DNA of 32,000 nt from the NCBI GenBank assembly GCA_017475555.1, contig JAFVFL010000033.1, forward strand, positions 25,556 through 57,555, written 5' to 3'. Shown here piece after piece: positions 8,804-17,757 of this stretch. A model generated the notes under the pieces. It worked only from the letters and a program-made list of their open reading frames with translations, searched no databases and was not told the DNA's origin. Each line of letters opens with the position of its first letter. Positions within the stretch are counted from its first letter, which is position 1. Made by a program: the position numbers and the translations under genes. This stretch comes from Ruminococcus sp. GTDB lineage: Bacteria > Bacillota > Clostridia > Oscillospirales > Ruminococcaceae.

Positions 8804-9307
8804 ATGAAAAAACAATATCTTGAAGCCGGGAAGATCGTGACTACTCACGGCATTCACGGTGAGGTAAAGGTAATGCCGTACTGTGACAGTGCAGAGCTTC
8901 TGTGCGAATTTGACAGGCTTTTCATGGGCAGGGAGCTGAAAGAGGTAAATATCCTGCGTGCAAGGGTGCAGAAGGGCATGGTAATTGCGAAGATAGAGGG
9001 AGTTGACACTGTTGAGCAGGCTCAGAAGCTCCGCAATATAATGCTGTATATGCACCGGGACGATCTGGAGCTTGACGAGGATACGTACTTTGTGGCAGAC
9101 CTTGTCGGCATGGAGGTCAGGGACGCTGACACCGGGGAGGTGTACGGGAAGATCACCGATGTTATGCAGACTGGTGCGAATGATGTGTATGTCATAGGCG
9201 GCAGGGACAGAGAGTATCTTGTCCCGGCGATAGCTGATGTCGTGATAAGTACGGATACGGAGAGCAATATAATGCTGATCAGACCGTTAGAGGGGCTGTT
9301 TGACTGA
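8804..9307 (+). CDS. rimM: 16S rRNA processing protein RimM
   Basis: 167 aa. Has the N-terminal GKIVTTHGIHGEVKV motif and a C-terminal PRC-barrel-like region. Its stop overlaps the trmD start (TGATG). Confidence 0.9.
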   Translation: MKKQYLEAGKIVTTHGIHGEVKVMPYCDSAELLCEFDRLFMGRELKEVNILRARVQKGMVIAKIEGVDTVEQAQKLRNIMLYMHRDDLELDEDTYFVADLVGMEVRDADTGEVYGKITDVMQTGANDVYVIGGRDREYLVPAIADVVISTDTESNIMLIRPLEGLFD

Positions 9308-10005
9308 TGAGGATCGAGATTGCTACGCTGTTCCCGGAGATGTGCGAGGCAGTCCTGGGAGAGAGCATTGTCGGCAGGGCGAGGAGGGCTGGAAAGCTGT
9401 ATGTCCACTGCCGTCAGATACGTGAATATACTCAGGACAAGCACCGCCGGGTAGATGATACTCCATACGGCGGCGGAATGGGCATGGTTATGCAGTGCGA
9501 GCCGATCTACAACTGCTACAGGGCAGTGTGCGAGGAGCTTGGCACGAAGCCGCATACTATCTATATGTCACCGAAGGGCAGGGTGCTGACCCAGCAGAGG
9601 GCGGCGGAGCTTGCACAGCTTGACGATATCCTGATAATCTGCGGTCATTATGAGGGTGTAGACCAGAGAGTTATCGACAAGATAGTTGACGAGGAAATAT
9701 CCATTGGTGACTATGTGCTGACAGGCGGCGAGATACCGGCAATGGTGCTGACGGACTGCGTTGCGAGAATGTGTCCGGGGGTGCTGTCGGACGATGTTTG
9801 CTTCGAGGAGGAGAGCATTTACAGCGGATTGCTGGAATATCCGCACTACACGCGCCCGGAGGTCTGGGAAGGCGAGGCAGTACCGCCGGTGCTGCTTTCG
9901 GGTCATCATGCGAATATCGAGAAGTGGCGGCATGAAAAGAGCCTTGAGATAACGGCGGAGCGAAGACCCGATCTGCTTGCGAGGTATACGGATAATAAGG
10001 AATGA
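9307..10005 (+). CDS. trmD: tRNA (guanine37-N1)-methyltransferase
   Basis: 232 aa. Starts MRIEIATLFPEM. Has the SPOUT-knot motifs ICGHYEGVDQRV and SIGDYVLTGGE. Confidence 0.95.
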   Translation: MRIEIATLFPEMCEAVLGESIVGRARRAGKLYVHCRQIREYTQDKHRRVDDTPYGGGMGMVMQCEPIYNCYRAVCEELGTKPHTIYMSPKGRVLTQQRAAELAQLDDILIICGHYEGVDQRVIDKIVDEEISIGDYVLTGGEIPAMVLTDCVARMCPGVLSDDVCFEEESIYSGLLEYPHYTRPEVWEGEAVPPVLLSGHHANIEKWRHEKSLEITAERRPDLLARYTDNKE

Positions 10006-10034
10006 CTCCGGATCATATGATCCGGAGCTTTTTA
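10006..10034 (+). terminator. Rho-independent terminator after trmD
   Basis: Perfect palindromic hairpin ctccggatcatatgatccggag (10006-10027) followed by cttttta. It starts immediately after the stop codon. Confidence 0.8.
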
Positions 10035-10093
10035 CGGTATATTATAAAATATTTTAAATATTACTCCTTTCTATAGCTTTTCTTCCGGTTTTG

Positions 10094-10102
10094 TGTTATA
10101 AT
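10094..10102 (+). promoter_or_regulatory. Extended -10 element (TGt-TATAAT) upstream of cysteine desulfurase gene
   Basis: Read directly at 10094-10102. No good -35 was seen. If used, transcription would start near 10109, which excludes the TTG at 10102 as the start codon. Confidence 0.35.
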
Positions 10103-10116
10103 TGTCTCAGATATGT

Positions 10117-11259
10117 ATGAAAGGATATGAAAGCTTGATATACCTTGATAATGCTGCCACGACAAAGCCCTGTCCGGAGGCAGTTTCAGCCGCTGCAAAG
10201 GCTATGACCGAATGCTTCGGCAATCCCTCGTCGCTTCACCGCATGGGACTTGATGCACAGCTATTGCTCGATTCCGCAAGACGTACCGTTGCGGATTCGC
10301 TCGGTACTGAGAGCGGCTGTATTTACTTTACGTCCGGTGCGACTGAGAGCAATAATCTCGCCCTCAGAGGTGCGTCGGCAGCCTACGGCAGAAAACGAAA
10401 GAAGATCGTCGCTTCGTCTGTTGAGCACGCTTCTGTTGAGGAGACATTGCAGGCTCTCGAAAGAGCCGGCTTTGAGGTAGTCCGTATCTCCCCGGCGGAC
10501 GGAAGATTTTCTGCGGCGGATTTCGTGAATGCCTGCGATGATGATACCGTACTGCTGACAATGATGTACGTCAACAATGAAAACGGCTATATACTGCCTG
10601 TTCCGGAGGTCTTTTCCGCAGTAAAGCGGCGGTATCCGCATATCATTACCCACACTGACTGCGTTCAGGCTTATATGAAGCTGCCGGTCAGTGCGAGGAG
10701 GCTGAATGCTGAACTCATCTCGCTTTCCGGACACAAGATACACGGCGGAAAGGGCTGCGGCGTACTATATATACGCAAGGGTGTGAGAGTTCTGCCTGTC
10801 GTTACAGGCGGCGGTCAGGAGAAGGGAATACGCTCCGGGACTGAGGGAGTACCTATGGCGGCGGCAATGGGAGCTGCTGTAGCTGCACTCGCTCCCGGAA
10901 TTTCAGAACGCTGGGAAAGGGCAGTGCAGCTGCGTGAAAAGCTGGTGTCGCTCATGTCGGAGATACCCGGCGTTGAGATAAACTCTCCGGAGGACGGCTC
11001 GCCCTATGTGATGAGTATTTCCGCTGCCGGAAAGCGTTCGGAGATAATGCTTCATTACTTAGAGCAGCGGGATATCTATGTTTCGAGCGGCTCGGCGTGC
11101 AGCAGAGGAGCACAGAGCGGCGTGCCTGAGCAGTTCGGTATCACCGGGAAAAGGGCGGATTCGATACTCCGGGTCAGCATTACAGCCGAAACTACACCGC
11201 AGGAGCTTGAGGAATTTGCACAGGCTCTGCGTGACGGGATAAATAGTGTGAGAGGATAA
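10117..11259 (+). CDS. Cysteine desulfurase (class V aminotransferase, NifS/NifZ/IscS-like), probable sulfur donor for ThiI
   Basis: Has IYLDNAATT, SGATESNN, the PLP-lysine SLSGHKIHGGKG and the active-site Cys loop SSGSACS. The start is ambiguous among TTG 10102 (ORF track), ATG 10117 and TTG 10135. The last gives the family-typical M-IYLDNAATT and has aaagga 9 nt upstream. Confidence 0.88.
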   Translation: MKGYESLIYLDNAATTKPCPEAVSAAAKAMTECFGNPSSLHRMGLDAQLLLDSARRTVADSLGTESGCIYFTSGATESNNLALRGASAAYGRKRKKIVASSVEHASVEETLQALERAGFEVVRISPADGRFSAADFVNACDDDTVLLTMMYVNNENGYILPVPEVFSAVKRRYPHIITHTDCVQAYMKLPVSARRLNAELISLSGHKIHGGKGCGVLYIRKGVRVLPVVTGGGQEKGIRSGTEGVPMAAAMGAAVAALAPGISERWERAVQLREKLVSLMSEIPGVEINSPEDGSPYVMSISAAGKRSEIMLHYLEQRDIYVSSGSACSRGAQSGVPEQFGITGKRADSILRVSITAETTPQELEEFAQALRDGINSVRG

Positions 11260-11263
11260 GGAT

Positions 11264-12472
11264 ATGAAAGAGATAATACTTGTAAAATACGGAGAAATGG
11301 CTCTGAAGGGGCTGAACAAGAAGAGCTTTGAGGATATGCTGACGAAGAATATCAAGCGGCGGCTGAAAAGTCTCGGCAGCTTCTGCTACACCTCTGCTCA
11401 GTCTACGCTCTACATAGACCCTCAGCTTGATGAGAACGGCAATATCGCTGATCTGTCAGAGGTCGCTGAGAGGGTCGGGCGTATCTTCGGCATTGCTGCG
11501 TACTGCCGGGCGTGTGTATGTGAAAAGGATTTTTCCGATATATCTGCAAAAGCGGCTGATTACCTCAGCGATACGCTCAGTATGGCACGTACCTTCAAGG
11601 TGAATGCAAAGCGCTCTGACAAGGCGTTCCCCATGAAGTCGCCGGATATCTGCCGGGAGCTTGGTGCTGTGCTTCTGGAAAAATTTCCCGATCTGAGTGT
11701 CGATGTGAACGACCCGGAGGTCACTGTCACTGTTGAGGTCAGGGACACTAACGCCTATGTCCACGCTGAAAATCTTAAAGGTGCAGGCGGACTTCCGGTC
11801 GGCAGCAGCGGAAAGGCTATGCTCCTGCTTTCCGGCGGTATCGACTCACCCGTTGCGGGCTGGATGATAGCAAAAAGAGGCGTTCAGATCTCTGCGATAC
11901 ACTACGTAAGCCCGCCGTATACCTCCGACCGGGCAAGGCTGAAGGTCGAGCAGCTGTGCGAAAGGCTGACGGATTGGTGCGGCGGTATTGCGTTCTTCTG
12001 CGTTCCGTTCACTAAGATACAGGAGGCGATACGTGACAACTGCCCGGAGGAGTATTTTACGATCATCATGCGTCGGCTGATGATGGAGATAGCCCAGAGG
12101 ATCGCCGCAAAGGAGGGCTGCCTTGCACTTGTCACCGGTGAAAGCCTCGGACAGGTGGCAAGTCAGACTATGGCTGCTATGGCGTGTACGGACGCAGCGT
12201 GCAGAGTACCGGTGTTCCGGCCGTGTATCGGCATGGACAAGACCGAGATAATAGATATCGCCCGGAAAATTGATACATTCGAGACTTCTATCCTTCCGTA
12301 TGAGGACTGCTGTACTGTGTTCACTCCAAAGCACCCGAAGGTTCGCCCGAAGCTGGAGAATATTGAGGCTGCACAGGCTGCATTCGATTTTGAGCCGCTG
12401 ATACGGGAGGCTGTTGACGGAACTGAAATGAAGCTGTTTACACCAGGCTACAAGGCAGAGAGCAGCTTCTGA
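11264..12472 (+). CDS. thiI: tRNA 4-thiouridine(8) synthase ThiI (no rhodanese domain)
   Basis: 402 aa. Has an N-terminal ferredoxin-like/THUMP region (IILVKYGEMALKG), the PP-loop LLLSGGIDSPVAG and a C-terminal CCTVFTP motif. Confidence 0.93.
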   Translation: MKEIILVKYGEMALKGLNKKSFEDMLTKNIKRRLKSLGSFCYTSAQSTLYIDPQLDENGNIADLSEVAERVGRIFGIAAYCRACVCEKDFSDISAKAADYLSDTLSMARTFKVNAKRSDKAFPMKSPDICRELGAVLLEKFPDLSVDVNDPEVTVTVEVRDTNAYVHAENLKGAGGLPVGSSGKAMLLLSGGIDSPVAGWMIAKRGVQISAIHYVSPPYTSDRARLKVEQLCERLTDWCGGIAFFCVPFTKIQEAIRDNCPEEYFTIIMRRLMMEIAQRIAAKEGCLALVTGESLGQVASQTMAAMACTDAACRVPVFRPCIGMDKTEIIDIARKIDTFETSILPYEDCCTVFTPKHPKVRPKLENIEAAQAAFDFEPLIREAVDGTEMKLFTPGYKAESSF

Positions 12473-12480
12473 TATTTTTC

Positions 12481-12509
12481 TTGACAAAATTACCGAATAT
12501 GTGTAAAAT
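12481..12509 (+). promoter_or_regulatory. SigA-type promoter for the C11 peptidase gene
   Basis: TTGACA (12481-12486), 17-nt spacer, TAAAAT (12504-12509). It begins 9 nt after the thiI stop. Confidence 0.6.
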
Positions 12510-12554
12510 AGAATCATAGAGTGTATCAACGATACATAATTATTGGAGGTTATT

Positions 12555-14963
12555 ATGGATCCGAAACAGAACAGACCCCGGTCAAGGGATAAAAATGTCA
12601 CCTCCGGCGGCAGCGGTGCCCGCAGGAGAGGAGAGGGACTCGGCACAGGTCAGGTCGGCTCAAAGGATTACGGCAAACAGGGCTCCGGCGGAGGCGGCGG
12701 AGTAAAGAGAGGTGCATCTATCGGCGGCGGTTCGCTGCTCATCATTCTTGCGGCACTTTTCCTGCCTAAGCTCCTCGGCGGCGGCGGAGCTACTACAGAT
12801 ACCGGCAGCAGCGGAGGCGGCATGGGCGGAAGTATCCTCGGCAGCCTTCTCAGCGGCATGGATACCGGCTCTGTACCGTCCGGATTTGATTTTTCAAACG
12901 GCAGCTCAGGCTCCGGCAGCAGCTATACCGCTATTGATACCGGCTCTGCGGATACGAGCGTAGCAAGCGGCTCCCGTGCAAAGAGGACGAGCATTATCGG
13001 CAATAACCAGGATCAGATAACTATTATGGTCTATATGTGCGGTACTGACCTTGAGTCAAAGTATGGCATGGCTTCGTCTGATATGGCTGAAATGGCTTCT
13101 GCCTCGTACGGCGATAATATCAATATCATCGTCTACACCGGCGGCTGCTCACAGTGGAAAACGAGCGGTATCAGCAATAAGGTGAACCAGATCTACCAGA
13201 TAAAGGACGGAAAGCTCATCACTCTCGAATCCGACATGGGTTCGGGTGCTATGACTGACCCGGCGAACCTTACAAAGTTCATACAGTATTGTACGAAGAA
13301 TTTCCCGGCAAACAGGAACGAGCTTATCCTCTGGGATCACGGCGGCGGATCTGTCAGCGGCTATGGCTATGATGAGAAGAATAAGTCAAGCGGCTCTATG
13401 GACCTGACGAATATCAGCAAGGCTCTGAAAAATGCCGGAGCTACGTTCGATTTCATCGGATTTGACGCTTGTCTTATGGCTACGGCTGAGACTGCACTCA
13501 TGCTTGATGATTATGCTGACTACCTTATCGCTTCCGAGGAGACTGAGCCGGGCGTGGGCTGGTATTACACCAACTGGCTGACAAAGCTGGGCAAGAATAC
13601 CTCAATGCCGACTATCGAGATAGGAAAGAACATCGTTGACGATTTCGTTGCTACCTGTGCTTCTCAGTGCCGTGGACAGAAAACTACTCTTGCGGTCATC
13701 GACCTTGCGGAGTTTGCGAATACTGTTCCCTCAAAGCTCAATGCGTGGGCTTCATCGGTAAGCAGCAAGATAACCAATAACGACTATCAGTCGATATCAG
13801 ACGCACGCTACGCTGCCCGTGAGTTTGCGGAAAGCTCTAAGATAGATCAGGTCGATCTGGTAAATCTTGCCGAAAATACGGCAACTCAGGAGGGCTATGA
13901 GCTTGCGGCTGCGATAAAGAGTGCGGTCAAGTATAACCTCACCTCCACCAACATGACCAACGCTTACGGCGTTTCTATCTATTTCCCGTACAAGAGGACG
14001 TCCTACGTGGATACGGCGTGCAGTATCAACAATGCGGTCGGCGTGGATTCGGAATACAGCAAGTGCATAAGACAGTTCGCAAAGCTCGAAACGAGCGGAC
14101 AGATAGCGGCTGGCGGCACAGGCTCTGCTCTTGGCTCGCTGTTCGGTCTCGGCGGCAGCGGCTCGTCAAGCTCCTCAGGAAGTGCGGATATGATCGGCTC
14201 TCTGCTCGGTGCATTCCTCGGCGGCAGCTCCGGACGCTCTATCGCAGGTCTTGACAGCACAAATTCCGACTTCATGAGTGACAGCAGCATTTCCCAGGAC
14301 GATGCGGCTGAGTATCTTTCGCTGAATTATTTCGACGCTTCAAAGCTCGTATGGACTGAGGAGGACGGCGAGTACAAGATGTCTCTCCCGGAGTCTCAGT
14401 GGTCGCTGGTACACTCGCTCGACCTGAATATGTTCTACGATGACGGCGAGGGATATATAGACCTCGGTCTGGATAACGTGTACAGCTTTGATGACGACGG
14501 AAATCTTATTGCCGACACTGACCGCAACTGGCTCGCAATTGACGGACAGGTCGTTGCGTATTACCATACCGACACTGTCGAGGTCGGTGACAAATGGACG
14601 ATGACGGGCTATGTTCCGGCTTATCTCAATGGTGAGCTGGTGAAGCTGAACATTGTTTTCGACACCGATAACCCGAACGGCTACATTGCAGGTGCGACCT
14701 ACGATTACAGCGATTCAGGAGATACTGAAACTGTTGCAAAGAGCATGACTGAGCTTGAAAACGGCGATACTCTTGATTTCGTGTGCGATTACTACACCTA
14801 CGACGGAACGTACGTTGACAGCTATTTTATAGGCGGACAAATGACTGTAAACGGTGATCCGGTAATAAGCAATACCGATGTCGGCAGCGGCGAGGTACGG
14901 CTCATGTACTGCTTTACTGATATTTATAATCAGGAATACTGGTCAGAGGCGATCGTTAAGTAG
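12555..14963 (+). CDS. Membrane-anchored clostripain-like cysteine peptidase (family C11) with Gly-rich N-terminal tail and unknown C-terminal domain
   Basis: The catalytic His/Cys dyad contexts LILWDHGGGS and FIGFDACLMA (nt ~13332-13349 and ~13458-13481) are typical of C11. A single TM helix SLLIILAALFLPKLL follows a basic, Gly-rich tail. The start is moved to ATG 12555 because GGAGG (12545-12549) lies 5 nt upstream. The TTG at 12543 in the ORF track overlaps the SD. Confidence 0.8.
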   Translation: MDPKQNRPRSRDKNVTSGGSGARRRGEGLGTGQVGSKDYGKQGSGGGGGVKRGASIGGGSLLIILAALFLPKLLGGGGATTDTGSSGGGMGGSILGSLLSGMDTGSVPSGFDFSNGSSGSGSSYTAIDTGSADTSVASGSRAKRTSIIGNNQDQITIMVYMCGTDLESKYGMASSDMAEMASASYGDNINIIVYTGGCSQWKTSGISNKVNQIYQIKDGKLITLESDMGSGAMTDPANLTKFIQYCTKNFPANRNELILWDHGGGSVSGYGYDEKNKSSGSMDLTNISKALKNAGATFDFIGFDACLMATAETALMLDDYADYLIASEETEPGVGWYYTNWLTKLGKNTSMPTIEIGKNIVDDFVATCASQCRGQKTTLAVIDLAEFANTVPSKLNAWASSVSSKITNNDYQSISDARYAAREFAESSKIDQVDLVNLAENTATQEGYELAAAIKSAVKYNLTSTNMTNAYGVSIYFPYKRTSYVDTACSINNAVGVDSEYSKCIRQFAKLETSGQIAAGGTGSALGSLFGLGGSGSSSSSGSADMIGSLLGAFLGGSSGRSIAGLDSTNSDFMSDSSISQDDAAEYLSLNYFDASKLVWTEEDGEYKMSLPESQWSLVHSLDLNMFYDDGEGYIDLGLDNVYSFDDDGNLIADTDRNWLAIDGQVVAYYHTDTVEVGDKWTMTGYVPAYLNGELVKLNIVFDTDNPNGYIAGATYDYSDSGDTETVAKSMTELENGDTLDFVCDYYTYDGTYVDSYFIGGQMTVNGDPVISNTDVGSGEVRLMYCFTDIYNQEYWSEAIVK

Positions 14964-14992
14964 CTTTCTGAAATAATTTGATGTGTATGATA

Positions 14993-15038
14993 CCGGGGCA
15001 GACCCTTCGCTGGAGAGGTCTGCCCCGGTGCTGTTTAT
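14993..15038 (+). terminator. Terminator after C11 peptidase gene
   Basis: 12-bp GC-rich stem ccggggcagacc/ggtctgccccgg (14993-15004 / 15017-15028) with a 12-nt loop and the tail tgctgtttat. Confidence 0.65.
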
Positions 15039-15072
15039 CTGTCTGTGCTGAAGGCTTCACGGCAAAGCATAA

Positions 15073-15097
15073 GGGAGGTCACCGAAAATGACCTCCC
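15073..15097 (-). terminator. Hairpin downstream of the minus-strand sigma operon
   Basis: 9-bp stem gggaggtca/tgacctccc with a 7-nt loop, 36 nt past the stop of the surface-protein gene. The U-tract on the minus strand is poor. Confidence 0.35.
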
Positions 15098-15132
15098 TCA
15101 GCATTGCAATAACGAACTGATACGGCTTGTTA

Positions 15133-15981
15133 TCATTCTTTCTTATCCCTGCGTTTTGAAACAGCGAATGCGATCAATACAGATGCCGCAAGTGTGCCGA
15201 CTGCCGGGAGAGTGTCACCGGTAGCCGGTGAATCGGTTTTCTGACTGCTCTTACCGGCGGCTGTGGTCTTTGCCTCGGAGGAAGCTGTAGCTTCTGCCGC
15301 AGTCGATGTTATTTTTGCAGATGTAGTCTGCTCCGCCGCAGTAGTCTGCGGTTTGCCGGAGACTGGTGTATTCCCGGAGACCGTTGTGGCGGCAGCGGTA
15401 TCAGCGGCTGACACCGCAGTTACAGCCGTGGTCGTGTTCTGAACCTCAGAGGTCGTTTCCGGCGTGCTCACAGGTAAATCCTGCTTCGGAGCTACCCATA
15501 CCGGCTGAGACTCATTATGTACGCTCTGCTCTAATTCCCTGCCGTCGTAATATGACTTTCCGAGTGCGTAGTGATCGCATACGACCCTGTACCAGCAGCC
15601 TCCGTCTACATTGGCTGAATACTGGTCAAGGATAGTATATTTCTCATCGCTGACAAGTATATCCCCGACCCGTACAGTGTCAGTCCAGCTTTCTCCGTCG
15701 GTACTGCTCTGTATTACCATATTTATATATCCCACCCGGCTCATAACTCTCAGAGCCTGGGTCTTTGCAGTTACAGTTATAACACCGCTGTCAGAGGAGC
15801 AGCTCAGCGAGCACTTTGCGATAAGTCCCGAGCTTGATTCAGCCGCCGCTGCTGAAATATCCGACCCGCCGGAAAGGACTGGAAGTCCTGAGAACGGGAT
15901 CACCGGCAAAACTGCCGCAGATACTATAAGTACCCTGAAAAGCAGTGATTTTACTATACTATCTATACTTTTTTTGCTCAT
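15133..15981 (-). CDS. Secreted, sortase-anchored cell-surface protein with Thr/Ala-rich stalk
   Basis: Has an N-terminal signal peptide (MSKKS...LIVSAAVLPVIPF), a ~120-aa globular domain, and a Thr/Ala/Ser-rich low-complexity stalk. The C-terminal sorting signal is SPATG, then a hydrophobic stretch, then KRRDKKE (nt 15136-15231). SD ggagg lies upstream of the ATG. Confidence 0.7.
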   Translation of the reverse strand: MSKKSIDSIVKSLLFRVLIVSAAVLPVIPFSGLPVLSGGSDISAAAAESSSGLIAKCSLSCSSDSGVITVTAKTQALRVMSRVGYINMVIQSSTDGESWTDTVRVGDILVSDEKYTILDQYSANVDGGCWYRVVCDHYALGKSYYDGRELEQSVHNESQPVWVAPKQDLPVSTPETTSEVQNTTTAVTAVSAADTAAATTVSGNTPVSGKPQTTAAEQTTSAKITSTAAEATASSEAKTTAAGKSSQKTDSPATGDTLPAVGTLAASVLIAFAVSKRRDKKE

Positions 15982-15991
15982 TCTGCCGTAG

Positions 15992-17113
15992 TCAGCCTCC
16001 GTTCCTGAAAGATGCGACGATGCTTTTCAGTGCTTCGGAGCTGATATTCTGACCAATAATTGTATAAACCACGCTGTTATCTGCAAAAACAGCGGTATTG
16101 TACTCAGCGTCGCTGAAGAAGTATGCTGTACCGATATCGAATCTGCCTGAATCGTATTCTGTGCTGTCGGAGGGTATCATAAGCTCCGGCATATTTGCCC
16201 TTGAGCCGTAGCACTCCATAATTATGTCGAGCTGCTGATACGGGTTGCCGAATGTAAAATAGAAGTCCTCAGATGTCTCAAGCTGTACATGAGAGTAATC
16301 AACAAGCTCCATATCTATGTAGCTCATCTCGTCCGGTGCAGCCGGAGAAATATCGTATCCGCTGCAAACGTCCTTCATCACTCTTCCAAAGTAGGTCTTA
16401 TCCCACCCGTCAGGGAAAAGATCGGTGTCCGGTTCAGTCCTTACATACACTGTCGGCGTCTCGATAAGACCAGCCGTTTCAGAGCCTGTAGCAGCAGTGG
16501 TCGAGGCTGACTGTGTAATATCAGCTGTATCTGTTGCGGCTGCTGTGGTAAAAGCGGCAGCCGTAGTGGTGTCAGTGAAATCATCTGCTGTCGTGTTGAG
16601 CGTCGTGAATGTCGCAGGCAGGGTACTGGTCGTCCATGTATGCGTATGTTCAGACGTATCTTGTGTAGTCGTGGCGGCAGCGGGTATCTGCGGCTCGTAG
16701 GGCTGCTTTGAGAAATCGACGGAAAATCCGCCGGTAGTGAGCCTTACGGCAGTCGTGATAATGTCCGTTCCGAACGTTGCGAGGGTATAGAAATTAAGCC
16801 CTAAAACGAACACCGCACAGGCAGCTGCCGCAGACAGCCATTTGCGTACACCGGTAATCCTTTTACGCTTCCTTTCCGCAGTACATTCCCTGAGTATGCT
16901 GTCGATATTTTCTTCCCTCTCTGATTCTGTGAGAGTGCCGCCGGCAAGCTCAGCGATACTCTGGGTTATCTCTGCGATATAATCATAATCGCAGCAGTCC
17001 TCAGGCTTAGAGATCTCCTCATTGAGAAGAGCCTGAAGCTCTGCGAGCTTTGTGCTGTCTTCATCACCCAGCACAGCCCTCAATTTATAACCATTATTTG
17101 ACCTGTCACTCAT
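15992..17113 (-). CDS. Putative single-pass anti-sigma factor with Thr/Ala-rich linker and extracytoplasmic C-terminal domain (DUF4367-like by recollection)
   Basis: Position is immediately downstream of an ECF-type sigma gene. It has an acidic ~95-aa cytoplasmic N-terminus, a basic stretch KRKRITGVRK, then the TM helix WLSAAAACAVFVLGLNFYTLATF. The extracellular part has a T/A-rich linker and a ~150-aa domain. No HxxxCxxC zinc motif is present. Confidence 0.55.
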   Translation of the reverse strand: MSDRSNNGYKLRAVLGDEDSTKLAELQALLNEEISKPEDCCDYDYIAEITQSIAELAGGTLTESEREENIDSILRECTAERKRKRITGVRKWLSAAAACAVFVLGLNFYTLATFGTDIITTAVRLTTGGFSVDFSKQPYEPQIPAAATTTQDTSEHTHTWTTSTLPATFTTLNTTADDFTDTTTAAAFTTAAATDTADITQSASTTAATGSETAGLIETPTVYVRTEPDTDLFPDGWDKTYFGRVMKDVCSGYDISPAAPDEMSYIDMELVDYSHVQLETSEDFYFTFGNPYQQLDIIMECYGSRANMPELMIPSDSTEYDSGRFDIGTAYFFSDAEYNTAVFADNSVVYTIIGQNISSEALKSIVASFRNGG

Positions 17114-17280
17114 GTGATTCTCCTTATTGACCGGTATCCGGATATCTCTGTATCTCCAATTATTTTTTCTCTATATATAAATGTCGGAAAGCTGGTCAGT
17201 TTTTTCTGCTGCAACAAAAAATTTACAAACTTTCGTGAAATTAAACAAAATGCAGCTTGAAAATAATGCGAAATTGTGCT

Positions 17281-17757
17281 TTATTCCGATTTTTTCAACT
17301 TGTTTTTGATCTTATGTATACGCTGGTAGAGAGCCGGAAGTGACATTCCGAGCTTCTTTGCAGCCTCAGTCCTGCTGCCGTACTCAGTGCTGTAATAAGT
17401 CTCGATGATACGCCTTTCATCTTCATCGAGCCTATCGAGCGGACTTGAGCTGTTTTCCACGCCGAAGATGTCAGAGGACGCATTCTGAGCCTCCTTTGAA
17501 TCCTCGATACTGATCTGCTCAGTATTCATCTGCCTTGCAGCAGTCTTTATGCAGTTGTCTGCGGTTCTGTAGAGCCAGATACGGATAGAATCCGGGTCAA
17601 GCTTTTCGTGCTTTGAATAGAACACCACGAAGACGTCCTGCGTGCAGTCCTCGGCAGAGTGCTTATCGCAGCCGAGCCGTCCGAAGCAGTAGTTATATAT
17701 CTCCTGGTAATACCGCCTGATCATCTTTTCACACTCCTCTGCGTCCATGCTCTGCAC
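17281..17757 (-). CDS. RNA polymerase sigma-70 family factor, ECF-type (regions 2 and 4 only)
   Basis: 158 aa. Region 2 is AEDCTQDVFVVFY...WLYRTADNCIKTAARQ. The region 4 HTH is LDEDERRIIETYY...RTEAAKKLGMSLPALYQRIHKIKNKLKK. Confidence 0.85.
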   Translation of the reverse strand: MQSMDAEECEKMIRRYYQEIYNYCFGRLGCDKHSAEDCTQDVFVVFYSKHEKLDPDSIRIWLYRTADNCIKTAARQMNTEQISIEDSKEAQNASSDIFGVENSSSPLDRLDEDERRIIETYYSTEYGSRTEAAKKLGMSLPALYQRIHKIKNKLKKSE

